Positions 9,948-20,933 are shown, counted from the stretch's first letter. The stretch: DNA of 64,000 nucleotides from an uncultured virus (IMG/VR IMGVR_UViG_3300027749_002987) (IMGVR_UViG_3300027749_002987); one strand, 5' to 3'. The notes: generated by a model not told the origin, from the letters alone. Made by a program: numbers and translations.

Positions 9948-11873
9948 ATGGCTGTTGTCCAAATTTCAAGAATACAAATACGTCGCGGGCAAGCACAGAC
10001 CGGCACAGGGTTACCGCAACTGGCCAGCGGAGAAATGGCATGGGCCGTGGACACCCAAGAATTATACATTGGTAACGGAAGTGTTGCTGAAGGTGCTCCT
10101 GCTGTTGGTAATACTAAGATTGTTACACAAAACGATCTAACAGCTCAGGGGAATTTATTAGGGCTAGTGCAGTATGCCTACAAGGCCACAGACAGTACTA
10201 TCGTCACAGGTCCTAATGTAAACTCCCAAATAACTCGCTCTATACAAGCAAGGTTTGACGATCAGGTCAATACTGCGGAGTTTGGAGCTACTGGTAATGG
10301 TGTATCTAATGATACAGTAGCATTACAACGTGCAATTAATCAATTATTTTTAAATGTAACGAAATCAAGTGCAACGAATCTTGATGGAACTCCGCTTATT
10401 GCTGCCGCAAAAACTAGAGTAACGCTGACTATCCCTCCAGGAATTTACTTAACAACAAGTCCATTATACATTCCAAGCTATGCTACCCTTGTTGGGGCAG
10501 GTGCCGATAAAACATTTATATATTATAACCCAGTAATTACAATCCAAGGTAGTACAATTAACAACAGTGCTGTATTGTCAACAACATCTGCATCTGCCTA
10601 CTTGTTAGGCGCAACAGTAGTAGGAACAGGAATCCCAGCCAACACAGTGGTGTCGTCAGTGGTTGCTGGTGCTAGCATAACACTGAATAAGACTGCAACA
10701 GTATCATCCGGCGCAACTCTAAACACATTTACAGTGACTCCAGCACAGCCTGCTATCCAGTTAGTCAACGATGCAAGCACTGCTGGAAATCCTAGTAGTA
10801 TAAGTAACACATTAGGAACTACTCAGCCAAAAGGCATAACAATTAGTGATCTCAGTATTCGTGTTACCACAGGTCTTAATACTTGTATCCAACTCGATGC
10901 TGCCAAGGAATGTGTTTTTGAAAATATAAATCTCCGAGGTGCTACTGCCTTCAGTTCATTCAATGCACAGAGTTGCGGGATCACATTAAATGCAGTTAGT
11001 AATATTGTTACTTCAGACAGCAATAAATTTAAAAATATCAAACTTGACGGATTCAGTTACGGAGTATTTGCCAAGGGAGATATTTTAAACAACACATTTG
11101 ACAACATAAACACTAGTGATTGTTATACTGGATTTGGTTTAGGTATTGGTGCTAATGGCAGTACAGTTGGTCAACAATACGGACCAAGACAAACTACTAT
11201 TTCAAACAGTAAATTTTCTAATATCAAGCGCCAAGCTGTGTTTATAAACTTGGGCACTGGTAATGCAACTACCAATTGCAAATATATCAATGTGGGCAAC
11301 AACGGTGGTAGCAATGCATCAGCTTCGCAATATCCGCAGGTATGGTTCAACACATTTGGTAACTCCTCTCTAAACGATCAATCAGATCGAGCCGGTGATC
11401 TGTCTACGAGTAATTTATCACACCCATATGTTCCAGAAGTTGCAGGACACGCTTACTACAAATCATTTGGGCAACAACAAATATTGTTGGGGCAGGTGAT
11501 TAATCCAGTTATGGCATTTAGATTACCTGTTTCAACTGATCAAAACGGGACTCCGATTGGCAGTATAAATTATGAAATTGAATATTTCTATCAAAGTATT
11601 TCTAATAATTTTACACGTCGCGGCATAATAACAATCTCAGCAAACATTGACAGCAGAGTTATCCAATTGAGTGACGAATACGATTTTGCCGGCACAGATC
11701 CAAATAACCAAAATTCAATTCTATTATCATTCTCAGCTAGTTTTTTAGATCAAACTGGCGGTAATTATGTAGGCGGGGCCGGCCAAGTGCCTTATTCTAT
11801 TTCAGTTAAGTATCAAAATCTATTAACCGGCGATGCTGGATATTTCAATTATACCTACTTCACTGCGCTGTAA
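9948..11873 (+). CDS. tail fibre/spike with beta-helix region
   Basis: N-terminal QIRRG...LASGE motif, FGATGNGVSNDT pectate-lyase-like start, Asn/Thr-rich. Confidence 0.75.
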   Translation: MAVVQISRIQIRRGQAQTGTGLPQLASGEMAWAVDTQELYIGNGSVAEGAPAVGNTKIVTQNDLTAQGNLLGLVQYAYKATDSTIVTGPNVNSQITRSIQARFDDQVNTAEFGATGNGVSNDTVALQRAINQLFLNVTKSSATNLDGTPLIAAAKTRVTLTIPPGIYLTTSPLYIPSYATLVGAGADKTFIYYNPVITIQGSTINNSAVLSTTSASAYLLGATVVGTGIPANTVVSSVVAGASITLNKTATVSSGATLNTFTVTPAQPAIQLVNDASTAGNPSSISNTLGTTQPKGITISDLSIRVTTGLNTCIQLDAAKECVFENINLRGATAFSSFNAQSCGITLNAVSNIVTSDSNKFKNIKLDGFSYGVFAKGDILNNTFDNINTSDCYTGFGLGIGANGSTVGQQYGPRQTTISNSKFSNIKRQAVFINLGTGNATTNCKYINVGNNGGSNASASQYPQVWFNTFGNSSLNDQSDRAGDLSTSNLSHPYVPEVAGHAYYKSFGQQQILLGQVINPVMAFRLPVSTDQNGTPIGSINYEIEYFYQSISNNFTRRGIITISANIDSRVIQLSDEYDFAGTDPNNQNSILLSFSASFLDQTGGNYVGGAGQVPYSISVKYQNLLTGDAGYFNYTYFTAL

Positions 11874-12016
11874 CCGATTGAGTAGACATTGTCTATAAAT
11901 GCGTATATAATTCGTGTTAATATAACGAATAAGATGTAGAAGGCCATGTCTCATCACTAAATACTTTTCTAAACAAACAAATTAAGTAAAGTATAAACAA
12001 TTTAGAATAGGTAATA

Positions 12017-14338
12017 ATGAGCAAGATAACAGTAATTAAGAGAAACGGCAGCCGGGAGCCGTTAGCAGTTGAGAAATGGCAAGCTCAAATAACCAAAGTC
12101 TGTCAAGGCATAGCAGACGTCAGTCAAAGTATGATTGAAATCAAGAGTCAGCCGCACTTCTATGATGGAATTACCACTAGCGAAATTGACAACATTACCC
12201 TACGTGCTATCGTAGATTTGATCGATGTAGAATCAAATCCAGATGTAGGCCACACCAATTATCAATATGTAGCAGGTAAACAGCGTCTCAGCATCTTGCG
12301 TAAAGATGTATACGGACAATACCAAGTCCCAAGTCTTTTCTCTATTGTACAAAAGAATGTGGCCACAGGCCTGTATACTCCAGAACTATTAGAATGGTAC
12401 TCAGAAGACGACTGGAACCGGATGAATGACATGCTGGATCATGAAAAAGATGAACAGTATGGTTATGCGGCTATTGAACAGCTAATCGAAAAATATCTAG
12501 TAAAGAATCGCGCAACAAAACAAACTTATGAAACACCACAGATTAGATATATTATTGCCGCTGCCACTGTCTTCCACAAAGAAGAACCCAACTCAGCGAG
12601 AATGCGCTACATCAAAGAGTACTACCAAGCGGCTAGTGACGGGTTATTTACTCTTGCTACTCCTGTTCTTGCTGGGCTTGGTACTCCTACGAAACAATTT
12701 AGCAGTTGCGTTCTTATTAGATCAGATGATGATCTGGACAGTATTTTCGCGTCTGGTGAGATGATGGCCAAGTATGCCAGCAAACGTGCTGGCATTGGTT
12801 TAGAGATTGGACGACTACGTCCTTTGGGCAGTCCCATCCGCGGAGGTGAGATTATGCACACAGGTATGGTTCCATTCCTTAAGAAGTGGTTTGGAGATTT
12901 ACGCTCATGCAGTCAAGGAGGTATTCGCAATGCAAGTGCTACTGTATTTTATCCCATTTGGCATCATCAGTTTGATGACCTTATTGTTCTTAAAAACAAT
13001 CAAGGCACAGAGGAAACTAGAGTTCGACACATGGACTACGGAGTTGTCCTTAGCAAATTCTTTTGGCGCCGGTTCAAGAACAAAGAGAACATCACCTTCT
13101 TTGACCCGAATGAGGTACCAGACCTATATGAAGCCTTTTATCGTAACACAGCAGAATTTGAAGAACTGTATGTAAAATACGAAAAGCGTCGAGACCTACG
13201 TACCAAAACTATGAGTGCTGAAGAAGTATTCAAGAGTGGCATACTAAAAGAACGTACCGACACTGGTCGGATCTATCTTGTGTTCATCGACAATGTACAG
13301 AATCAAGGACCATTTGATCCTGAGTACCATACCATTTATCAAAGTAACTTATGCTGTGAAATACTTTTACCTACTAAATCTTTTAAACGTCTTGATGATG
13401 TGGACGGCCGCATTGCTCTTTGCACACTCGGCAGTATCAACTGGGGAGCCTTCCGCAATCCAGAAGACATGCGCCGTGCTTGCCGCATTTTACAGCGCAG
13501 TCTGTGCAACATACTTGACTACCAAGATTTTTTAAGTATTCAAAGCAAACTCAGTAATGATGAAATCCAACCCTTGGGTATTGGCGTAACTAATTTGGCC
13601 TATTGGCATGCCAAACGTGGACTACGTTATGGTGAAAAGGATGCACTACAAGATGTCAAGAGCTGGATGGAGCATCAAGCCTTTTACTTGACTGAAGCCA
13701 CAGTAGAACTAGCTAAAGAACGTGGGCCATGCACCCACAGTGATAAGACACGATATGGTCAAGGCATATTCCCTTGGGAATTACGAGCAGAGGGTGCTAA
13801 TGAACTAGCAAACTTTGCCCCAGAACTTGATTGGGAAACACTGCGAGTCAACATGAAACAGTACGGTGTTCGCAATGCCACATTGATGGCCATTGCCCCA
13901 GTCGAAAGCTCAAGCGTTGTTATAAACAGCACTAATGGAATTGAGTTACCCATGAGTTTAATCAGTGTTAAAGAAAGTAAAGCAGGCAGTTTTATTCAAG
14001 TTGTTCCAGAGTATCATAAACTCAAGAACAAGTATCAACTCATGTGGGAACAAAAAGACTGCGACGGCTATTTGAAAACAGCCAGTGTGTTAGCCGCTTA
14101 TGTTGATCAAAGCATCAGCACTAACACATTCTATAATCCTGCGCATTGGGCGGATCGTAAAGTACCGACTACTTTAATTATTAAGAACTTAATGCAAGCA
14201 CATGCATGGGGACTAAAGACATTCTACTACAGTTTGATCAACAAAGCGGGCAGTAAAGCAGTACAAGAAGATGCGCCTGCGATGTTAGAACCAATTGACT
14301 TTGATAATGAAGAAGATTGTGAGAGTTGTAAGTTATGA
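12017..14338 (+). CDS. nrdA: ribonucleotide reductase class Ia alpha subunit
   Basis: ATP cone VIKRNG, SSC, SNLCCEI, TFYY, C-terminal CESC. Confidence 0.97.
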   Translation: MSKITVIKRNGSREPLAVEKWQAQITKVCQGIADVSQSMIEIKSQPHFYDGITTSEIDNITLRAIVDLIDVESNPDVGHTNYQYVAGKQRLSILRKDVYGQYQVPSLFSIVQKNVATGLYTPELLEWYSEDDWNRMNDMLDHEKDEQYGYAAIEQLIEKYLVKNRATKQTYETPQIRYIIAAATVFHKEEPNSARMRYIKEYYQAASDGLFTLATPVLAGLGTPTKQFSSCVLIRSDDDLDSIFASGEMMAKYASKRAGIGLEIGRLRPLGSPIRGGEIMHTGMVPFLKKWFGDLRSCSQGGIRNASATVFYPIWHHQFDDLIVLKNNQGTEETRVRHMDYGVVLSKFFWRRFKNKENITFFDPNEVPDLYEAFYRNTAEFEELYVKYEKRRDLRTKTMSAEEVFKSGILKERTDTGRIYLVFIDNVQNQGPFDPEYHTIYQSNLCCEILLPTKSFKRLDDVDGRIALCTLGSINWGAFRNPEDMRRACRILQRSLCNILDYQDFLSIQSKLSNDEIQPLGIGVTNLAYWHAKRGLRYGEKDALQDVKSWMEHQAFYLTEATVELAKERGPCTHSDKTRYGQGIFPWELRAEGANELANFAPELDWETLRVNMKQYGVRNATLMAIAPVESSSVVINSTNGIELPMSLISVKESKAGSFIQVVPEYHKLKNKYQLMWEQKDCDGYLKTASVLAAYVDQSISTNTFYNPAHWADRKVPTTLIIKNLMQAHAWGLKTFYYSLINKAGSKAVQEDAPAMLEPIDFDNEEDCESCKL

Positions 14339-15042
14339 AAATAGGATTTTTTGGGGATAGTTTTTGTTCAGTGCTAGACAAGCGCCATGGCGGATTTGCT
14401 ACCAACGGTGTATGGCCTACCTATGAAACCTACATTAAAAAATTACAAAATCACTATCAAGCAGAGATCGTCAACATAGGACTTGCGGGAAGTTCTATCT
14501 ATGATACAATATTAATGCAAATTACTCCTTTTATTCAAGAGCAAACAATACCCGATGTATGTATATTCGTTTGGACTAGTAAAGATCGGTTGTTTCATAA
14601 AAATGTTCGAGACATAGTTTTTACAAAAATTATACACGGAAATGAAACCGGGCCAGTATGGAAGGCGGCCGAGCAATATTATAGATATCTGTACGATACA
14701 GAACTAGTAGATTTTCAAATGAAATCAGCTATGTATTATTTTGACAATACAATCTTACCTTTATTCCCACCATCGACAAAAATTATTCATTTATGGTCTT
14801 ACCATGAGATGTGGTGCTGGGCTGGGGAGTATCATTATCGATGGACTAACGGATTAGAAATTCGTCCAGCATTAGATAGAATAAGTATATCTAACGGTAA
14901 TACTATTGGCGGAGTAATAGGTGATCCAGCATGGAATCATCTAGATGGGGAAGGACGAAATGAAATTGTTTTCAATTGGATACGAGATGCAATAGATAAC
15001 TATAGCACAGGGAAATTAATAACCAATGAACTACCTGGATGA
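14335..15042 (+). CDS. SGNH/GDSL-like protein
   Basis: N-terminal GFFGDSF, NHL near the C-terminus. Confidence 0.55.
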   Translation: MKIGFFGDSFCSVLDKRHGGFATNGVWPTYETYIKKLQNHYQAEIVNIGLAGSSIYDTILMQITPFIQEQTIPDVCIFVWTSKDRLFHKNVRDIVFTKIIHGNETGPVWKAAEQYYRYLYDTELVDFQMKSAMYYFDNTILPLFPPSTKIIHLWSYHEMWCWAGEYHYRWTNGLEIRPALDRISISNGNTIGGVIGDPAWNHLDGEGRNEIVFNWIRDAIDNYSTGKLITNELPG

Positions 15043-15066
15043 ACAACTTGCATCAGGAAAATATTA

Positions 15067-16167
15067 ATGAGCAAAGCACAATACAACTTACACACTAAAA
15101 CTGACTACCTAAGCCGTAAGATGTTTCTGGATCCAGCAGGTCCAGTGACTATCCAACGCTTCGAAGAAGTTAAATACAAGAAGATTGCAGACTTCGATGC
15201 CACGGCTCGTGGTTTCTTCTGGCAACCCGAAGAGATTAGCCTAAGCAAAGACAGTAATGACTTTAAAGATGCCAGTGATGCCATTAAGCATATCTTTACC
15301 AGTAACTTACTACGACAAACAGCATTAGATAGTTTGCAAGGACGTGGCCCTACACAAGTGTTTACTCCAGTATGTAGTATTCCCGAATTAGAAGCACTGA
15401 TGTACAACTGGGGATTCTTTGAAACCAACATTCACTCAAAGAGCTACAGCCACATTATTCGCAACATCTACAATGTGCCCAAGGATGTATTTGCTACCAT
15501 TCACGACACTGAAGAAATTGTTAGCATGGCGGCAAGTGTAGGCAAGTATTATGACAATTTGCATTTGATTAACTGTCGCAAAGAAACAGGAGAATTTGTT
15601 TCCGAAGTTGAACATATACGAGCTATATGGTTGGCACTCAACGCCAGCTATGCCCTAGAGGCATTTCGATTCATGGTATCATTTGCTACTAGTTTGGCCA
15701 TGGTAGAGAACAAGATCTTTATTGGTAACGGTAATATTATCAGTTTGATACTACAAGACGAGTTGTTACATAAAGGCTGGACTGCTTACATTATCAATCA
15801 AGTGGTCAAGGAAGATCCTCGATTTGCCAACGCAAAACTTGATTGCGAGGCCGAAGTATACCAAATGTACTTGGATGTTATACAGGAAGAAAAAGATTGG
15901 GCAGTATACCTGTTTAAGAAAGGTCCTGTGATTGGTCTCAACGCAAACATTCTAAAAGATTTCGTTGATTATACCGCAGTAAGCGCACTCAAAGATATCG
16001 GAATCAAGTATCAAGTAAGTTCTCCAAAGTCAACACCAATTCCCTGGTTTAACAAACACGTAGATACTAGCAAGAAGCAAACAGCACTACAAGAAAATGA
16101 GTCGACAAATTATGTTATTGGCATCATGGGGGAGGGCATAGATTATGAAGCACTGCCGTCACTATGA
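15067..16167 (+). CDS. nrdB: ribonucleotide reductase beta subunit
   Basis: FFWQPEE, ETNIHSKSY, DELLH diiron motifs. Confidence 0.97.
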   Translation: MSKAQYNLHTKTDYLSRKMFLDPAGPVTIQRFEEVKYKKIADFDATARGFFWQPEEISLSKDSNDFKDASDAIKHIFTSNLLRQTALDSLQGRGPTQVFTPVCSIPELEALMYNWGFFETNIHSKSYSHIIRNIYNVPKDVFATIHDTEEIVSMAASVGKYYDNLHLINCRKETGEFVSEVEHIRAIWLALNASYALEAFRFMVSFATSLAMVENKIFIGNGNIISLILQDELLHKGWTAYIINQVVKEDPRFANAKLDCEAEVYQMYLDVIQEEKDWAVYLFKKGPVIGLNANILKDFVDYTAVSALKDIGIKYQVSSPKSTPIPWFNKHVDTSKKQTALQENESTNYVIGIMGEGIDYEALPSL

Positions 16168-16826
16168 AATTAATGTCATTAGACTATGAGAAAGATTGGA
16201 CTCCTCTTGATGTTACTCTAGATAGCGGCATCAAGATTACGTCTCCTGTCCATTTAGACGGCGGTGGGCTAAGATACAAAAATGATATTATAAAAGCAAT
16301 TAGAAATTCCGGCAAAGAAAAGTACAATCGCGGATTTGAATGGTGTGCTGGTTTTGGAGTTATTGGTTTTGAAGTACTAGGCGCCGGTCTATGCGATCAT
16401 ATGGTGTTCTCTGATTACTATGATGTAGCTATAAAAGACTGTTACAGCACCGCACACAATAATAACCTAACCGATAAAATTACAGGCTATGTAAGCCCTG
16501 CAATTGAATATATTCCCCAAGAAGAAATTTGGGATCTAGTTGTAGCAAATCCCCCATGGACATTTGATGAAACTGCTACTAGCAAGGATTATCCAGATCC
16601 AAATATGCTACGCATACTAGTAGATCAAGATTTTGCCATCCATAGAGAATTCTATAAAAACATAAACGCTCATTTAACAGATGATGCAGATCTTTATATT
16701 ATTGAAGTTAACAAGGATCCTAAATTAATCATGTTAGCCGGAATGTATGGACTTGACTTAATAAGTATGTATAATACTAACAACGCACCTAATGGGGGCG
16801 TGTTCCACTTTAAACCAAGGAGATAA
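16164..16826 (+). CDS. SAM-dependent methyltransferase (HemK/MTS-like)
   Basis: EWCAGFGVIG motif I, NPPW. Confidence 0.75.
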   Translation: MKLMSLDYEKDWTPLDVTLDSGIKITSPVHLDGGGLRYKNDIIKAIRNSGKEKYNRGFEWCAGFGVIGFEVLGAGLCDHMVFSDYYDVAIKDCYSTAHNNNLTDKITGYVSPAIEYIPQEEIWDLVVANPPWTFDETATSKDYPDPNMLRILVDQDFAIHREFYKNINAHLTDDADLYIIEVNKDPKLIMLAGMYGLDLISMYNTNNAPNGGVFHFKPRR

Positions 16827-16920
16827 CATGTCAGGAAAAGGAAGTACTCCAAGACCTTTCAGTGTTGATCACAAGACATTTGACAGTAATTGGGACAATA
16901 TTTTTAAGAAAAAGGACAAT

Positions 16921-17148
16921 ATGAAAGCAGTAGTATGGAGTAAGAATTCTTGCCCATTTTGTGTACAGGCCAAAGCCCTACTTGAAATGAAAGGTATTGA
17001 ATACGAAGAAAGAAATGTCGAAACAACATGGACTAAAGAACAACTATTAGAAGCTGTACCTACAGCCAGAACTTTACCACAGATATTTTTAGACGATAAT
17101 TATATAGGTGGGTTCACAGAACTCAAAAAACATTTCGAAAAGGTATAA
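16921..17148 (+). CDS. grx: glutaredoxin (possible in-frame upstream start at 16828)
   Basis: CPFC, TLPQIF, IGGF. Confidence 0.9.
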   Translation: MKAVVWSKNSCPFCVQAKALLEMKGIEYEERNVETTWTKEQLLEAVPTARTLPQIFLDDNYIGGFTELKKHFEKV

Positions 17149-17149
17149 C

Positions 17150-17440
17150 ATGTTAATTAATAAAGGTATCGCCGCTGGCGAAGTAGTCACAATTAAAACT
17201 ACAGCAGGTGAAGAGATTGTTGCCAAACTGGTATCCGAAAACCCAATGGCTGTTACTGTAAGGAAACCATTGTGCTTGACAGCAACCAAAGATGGTATTG
17301 GCCTAGTACCATTTCTGTTTACCACAGATCCAGACGGCGAAGTTAATATAAACAGAAGTGCAATTATGGTGCTGGCCCCTACGGTAAAAGATGCCGCTGA
17401 TCGATATACTGAGCAGACTACTGGTATCAAATTGGCATAA
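17150..17440 (+). CDS. hypothetical protein, possibly Sm-like fold
   Basis: Small beta-rich ORF. Confidence 0.55.
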   Translation: MLINKGIAAGEVVTIKTTAGEEIVAKLVSENPMAVTVRKPLCLTATKDGIGLVPFLFTTDPDGEVNINRSAIMVLAPTVKDAADRYTEQTTGIKLA

Positions 17441-17448
17441 ATAATTTT

Positions 17449-17754
17449 ATGCCAGCAATAGCCCGAGACGGAGACCCAACAACAACCGGACACAGTTGTG
17501 ACGGAACAACCACTGTGACTGGCCCTACCGGTGCCGGAGCCAAAGTGTTTGCCAACGGCATAGCGATAGAGTGTATCGGCAATCCAACTGCGGCCCATAC
17601 AATACGATCTGGCAGAAACTGTGTACCGCATGGCGCTGTTATTAACGCAGGTTCGAGCAATGTATTTGTTGGTGGCGTTGGTGTTGCCCGAGTAGGAGAT
17701 TCAACAGACGGTGGCGCAATCACTGCCGGATCACCGGATGTGATAGTCAATTAA
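17449..17754 (+). CDS. PAAR spike-tip protein (T4 gp5.4-like)
   Basis: PAIARDGD, ARVGD, GSPDV repeats, His/Cys. Confidence 0.9.
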   Translation: MPAIARDGDPTTTGHSCDGTTTVTGPTGAGAKVFANGIAIECIGNPTAAHTIRSGRNCVPHGAVINAGSSNVFVGGVGVARVGDSTDGGAITAGSPDVIVN

Positions 17755-17822
17755 CTAGACCTTTATTTTCGACACCTGTACAATAGGTATAAGTACTCTG
17801 TACTCACATTAAAGGAAATAAA

Positions 17823-18017
17823 ATGGCTACAAATAAATTTGCAGAATTCACAAAGATCGTCGAAGCAATGGAAGCAGACTTCGAAAAGTTCTATGACAAA
17901 GAAGTAGGTGCCGCTGGTACCCGTGTTCGAAAGCACTGTCAGGATTTGGCTAAGTTGTGCAAAGAAACTCGCAACGATGTCACCGCAGTTAAAAACGCAC
18001 GTAAAGAACCAAAATAA
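17823..18017 (+). CDS. Hc1-like small basic protein
   Basis: KFYDK...AAGTRVRK...LAKL pattern. Confidence 0.6.
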   Translation: MATNKFAEFTKIVEAMEADFEKFYDKEVGAAGTRVRKHCQDLAKLCKETRNDVTAVKNARKEPK

Positions 18018-18069
18018 GTCAACTAAATACTAGCCTAAGGCGTTATATATGCATAGCCCGGAGACTATT

Positions 18070-18393
18070 ATGAAACAGTTATTATTAGCACTTTCAATGT
18101 TAGCAGTAGTAGGTACTGCTAATGCACAATGGCATCATCATGGTCCTTACTATAGGGGCGGCGGCTTCTATGCTGGAGGCAACTGGGTTGGGCCAGCACT
18201 TATCGGTGGTGTAATTGGTTATGAACTTAATCGTCCACGCTATTATGAACCACCTGTAGTTGTACAGCAACAGCCGATTATTGTGCAACAGCAACCTGTA
18301 TATACAGTTACACCGCAACCAAGTTGTACGGTATGGACAGAAACACAACACTCTGATGGTACCGTTACTCGTACCAGGACCTGTACACAATAA
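18070..18393 (+). CDS. secreted Gly/Pro/Gln-rich protein
   Basis: Signal peptide ending ANA. Confidence 0.6.
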   Translation: MKQLLLALSMLAVVGTANAQWHHHGPYYRGGGFYAGGNWVGPALIGGVIGYELNRPRYYEPPVVVQQQPIIVQQQPVYTVTPQPSCTVWTETQHSDGTVTRTRTCTQ

Positions 18394-18797
18394 TGGCATA
18401 CTCGGATAAAGTAATTGATCATTACGAAAATCCACGCAACGTGGGATCGTTTGAAAAAGATGATCCCACAGTTGGCACAGGTATGGTCGGTGCACCTGCT
18501 TGTGGCGATGTGATGAAACTACAAATAAAAGTAGGCGCAGATGGTATCATTACAGATGCAAAATTCAAGACTTACGGTTGTGGTTCGGCCATTGCTAGTA
18601 GTTCTCTTATCACTGAATTGGTCAAAGGCATGAGTTTGGATCAAGCAAGCTCAATCAAGAACAGCGACATTGCTGAAGAGTTGGCTCTACCTCCGGTCAA
18701 GATACATTGTTCAATACTAGCAGAAGATGCTATCAAGGCGGCAGTAAATGATTATCGTAACCGAAACAGCATCAAAGAAGATACAGCAACAGCTTAA
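18393..18797 (+). CDS. iscU: Fe-S cluster scaffold IscU
   Basis: YSDKVIDHYENPRNVG, APACGD, GCGSA, LPPVKIHC. Confidence 0.97.
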   Translation: MAYSDKVIDHYENPRNVGSFEKDDPTVGTGMVGAPACGDVMKLQIKVGADGIITDAKFKTYGCGSAIASSSLITELVKGMSLDQASSIKNSDIAEELALPPVKIHCSILAEDAIKAAVNDYRNRNSIKEDTATA

Positions 18798-19074
18798 ACG
18801 CCGAGGCCGAGGTGTTGGCATACGAATCGGTGTAAAGACCACAGGTTGCAGTGGATTGGCTTATACACTGGAATATGTGGACGAGTACGAACCTGAAGTT
18901 GGTGTTACCAATTTTGCCCAACCAGATTTTTGTGTGTTGGTAGATGCCAAAAGTCTAGCATACTTGAATGGCTTGACAATGGATTGGGTCCGCAATGGTC
19001 TCAATGAAGGGTTTGAATTTTCCAATCCAAATTCCAAAGGCGAATGCGGTTGCGGTGAAAGTTTTCGAGTGTAA
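18748..19074 (+). CDS. iscA: Fe-S carrier IscA
   Basis: TGCSG, CGCGESF. Confidence 0.95.
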   Translation: MIIVTETASKKIQQQLKRRGRGVGIRIGVKTTGCSGLAYTLEYVDEYEPEVGVTNFAQPDFCVLVDAKSLAYLNGLTMDWVRNGLNEGFEFSNPNSKGECGCGESFRV

Positions 19075-19127
19075 ACACATTTGACATAGTTTGACTATTC
19101 TAGTATAATACTAGTAGTGTATAACTT

Positions 19128-19478
19128 TTGGAGTTTAACTTGACACCAGAACAGCAACATTTTTGGAATGTACTTAAATTTGATCCTAAAACTATGGCAG
19201 ATGAATTGGGTAATCTAATGCAAGATGCTAAGTTAAGATACGGTGATGATAGTAACGAGTTTCATGATACAGTTGATCGATGCGTATTTTTATCAATGCA
19301 ACAATGTCAGAATGATATTGATTTGCTTCGCATGACTAAACATTGGCTTTCTAAAATGCAACTTCCGTTTGATGCAACCAAGATGAAATCAACTGACCCT
19401 TTACACAATCGAATTGGTGGACTTGTTTCAAAATTAACAGAAACACAATCAGGCAAGCAACTAATGGAGTGGAACTGA
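19128..19478 (+). CDS. hypothetical protein
   Basis: ORF after a TTGACA-17-TATAAT promoter. Confidence 0.5.
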   Translation: MEFNLTPEQQHFWNVLKFDPKTMADELGNLMQDAKLRYGDDSNEFHDTVDRCVFLSMQQCQNDIDLLRMTKHWLSKMQLPFDATKMKSTDPLHNRIGGLVSKLTETQSGKQLMEWN

Positions 19479-19479
19479 T

Positions 19480-19875
19480 ATGTCAATGCATTTAGAAGGT
19501 CCGTGGCTCAGTACCACCGGCAAAAAGAAAGGCAAACAAAAATTCGCTTCGGCAGAACATGCTAGAAAAGCTAGAGATCTAGACGAGTCATGGAAAGAAC
19601 TCCAGAAAAAATGGGGCGTTGAAGCAGAGGCTAAGAAACGTGCCCGAGCCATGACTGCACCCAGCTTGAGCGGACACTATAGTTTGACAATCCCCGAAGG
19701 TCGCAACACAACCGCACATTTGAAAAGCATAGATACTGGTGGTAACGCTACTTTGGCTCCAGCCAAAGTTTATACAGGAACCAAAGTCAAAGGCATCGCA
19801 ACCATGCACAAAAGCAATGCAGTGCCAATTTTTAGCGATGAGGAAGCAGTTGATATCGCTCGTATGAGGCGATAA
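19480..19875 (+). CDS. conserved T4-like phage hypothetical protein
   Basis: YTG...GIATMHKSNAVP motif. Confidence 0.65.
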   Translation: MSMHLEGPWLSTTGKKKGKQKFASAEHARKARDLDESWKELQKKWGVEAEAKKRARAMTAPSLSGHYSLTIPEGRNTTAHLKSIDTGGNATLAPAKVYTGTKVKGIATMHKSNAVPIFSDEEAVDIARMRR

Positions 19876-20046
19876 AGCATGGTCACTCATAATAATAGTA
19901 TTTTAACGCTGTCAACAAAGGATAACTATATATTGCCCACTAAAGGTTTAGTGGGCAACGGCCTATTTTTAAGGAGAAACGGAAACAGCCAAGCAATTAA
20001 CAATGATGGTACTAGCGATACCTCATCCAGCGTAAAGGAGAAAAAA

Positions 20047-20577
20047 ATGATACGCATTATCAAAACAATTTTAAATATTTCAGTAGTACTAGCAGTGGCA
20101 TTGGCCGCTCAACAAGCAGTACAATTTAAGTTCAACAAACTTAAAGAAGCTCGTGAAACAGCAAGCCCAATTACAGCGCAAATGAGACAAACACAATTAG
20201 ATTGTCTAGCTCGTAATATCTACCATGAAGCAGGCTCGGAACCTTTTGAAGGCAAAGTGGCAGTGGCTCAAGTAACAATCAACAGAACAGAAAGTGGCGC
20301 ATTTCCATCTGACATCTGCCAAGTAGTCTACCAAAAGAATATAGTCTACGAACGTGTGCTGTGCCAGTTCAGCTGGTATTGCCAAAGTCCAAATGCCATG
20401 AAACCAATGAATGGACCTATCTATACCGAAAGTATGGAAGTGGCAAAGAAAGTCTTACTTGAAGGATTTAGACTTCCAGACCTAAAGAATGCCCTGTACT
20501 TTCATGGGGACTATGTAAAACCCGGGTGGAACAAGAAACCAGTGGCCAAGATCGGCCGTCACATATTTTATAATTAA
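20047..20577 (+). CDS. cell wall hydrolase (SleB/Hydrolase_2) with N-terminal anchor
   Basis: CLARNIYHEA, VAQVTINR, QFSW, IGRHIFY; AAGGAG RBS. Confidence 0.9.
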   Translation: MIRIIKTILNISVVLAVALAAQQAVQFKFNKLKEARETASPITAQMRQTQLDCLARNIYHEAGSEPFEGKVAVAQVTINRTESGAFPSDICQVVYQKNIVYERVLCQFSWYCQSPNAMKPMNGPIYTESMEVAKKVLLEGFRLPDLKNALYFHGDYVKPGWNKKPVAKIGRHIFYN

Positions 20578-20585
20578 GGACTACC

Positions 20586-20933
20586 ATGAACACACAAGCA
20601 ATTATTACCACAGTCAAGTCAACAATTCACAATTTCTTTGATTTGGATTTGCTGGTCAAAAACATCAAAGAACATGCTCCCCATATGAGCGCAGAAACAA
20701 TGGGATGGGTTGCGGTCATACTCATGCACTTGGCCACAATTCCTACACTTTTGGCAGTTTTGACAGGTTTAACTGAAAAAATGCCTCCAGTAGATTTGGT
20801 TCTGTTTGCATGGGCTGGACTGTTCTGCTTTTTTATCAAAGCCGCAATTCAAAAGGACTTTTTGAACATTGTAACCATTGGATTTGGGTTCTTTGTGCAG
20901 GCCGCTCTAATGGCCATGATTATTTTTAAATAA
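20586..20933 (+). CDS. 3-TM membrane protein
   Basis: Three hydrophobic segments. Confidence 0.6.
   Translation: MNTQAIITTVKSTIHNFFDLDLLVKNIKEHAPHMSAETMGWVAVILMHLATIPTLLAVLTGLTEKMPPVDLVLFAWAGLFCFFIKAAIQKDFLNIVTIGFGFFVQAALMAMIIFK

Noticed and set aside
12528..13953. Nested or antisense ORFs in nrdA (likewise in dnaK and the symporter)
   Set aside because: They are shadow frames of strongly coding genes with no recognisable motifs.
14335..15042. Homing endonuclease or intron between nrdA and nrdB
   Set aside because: No HNH, GIY-YIG or LAGLIDADG motif; nrdA and nrdB are uninterrupted.
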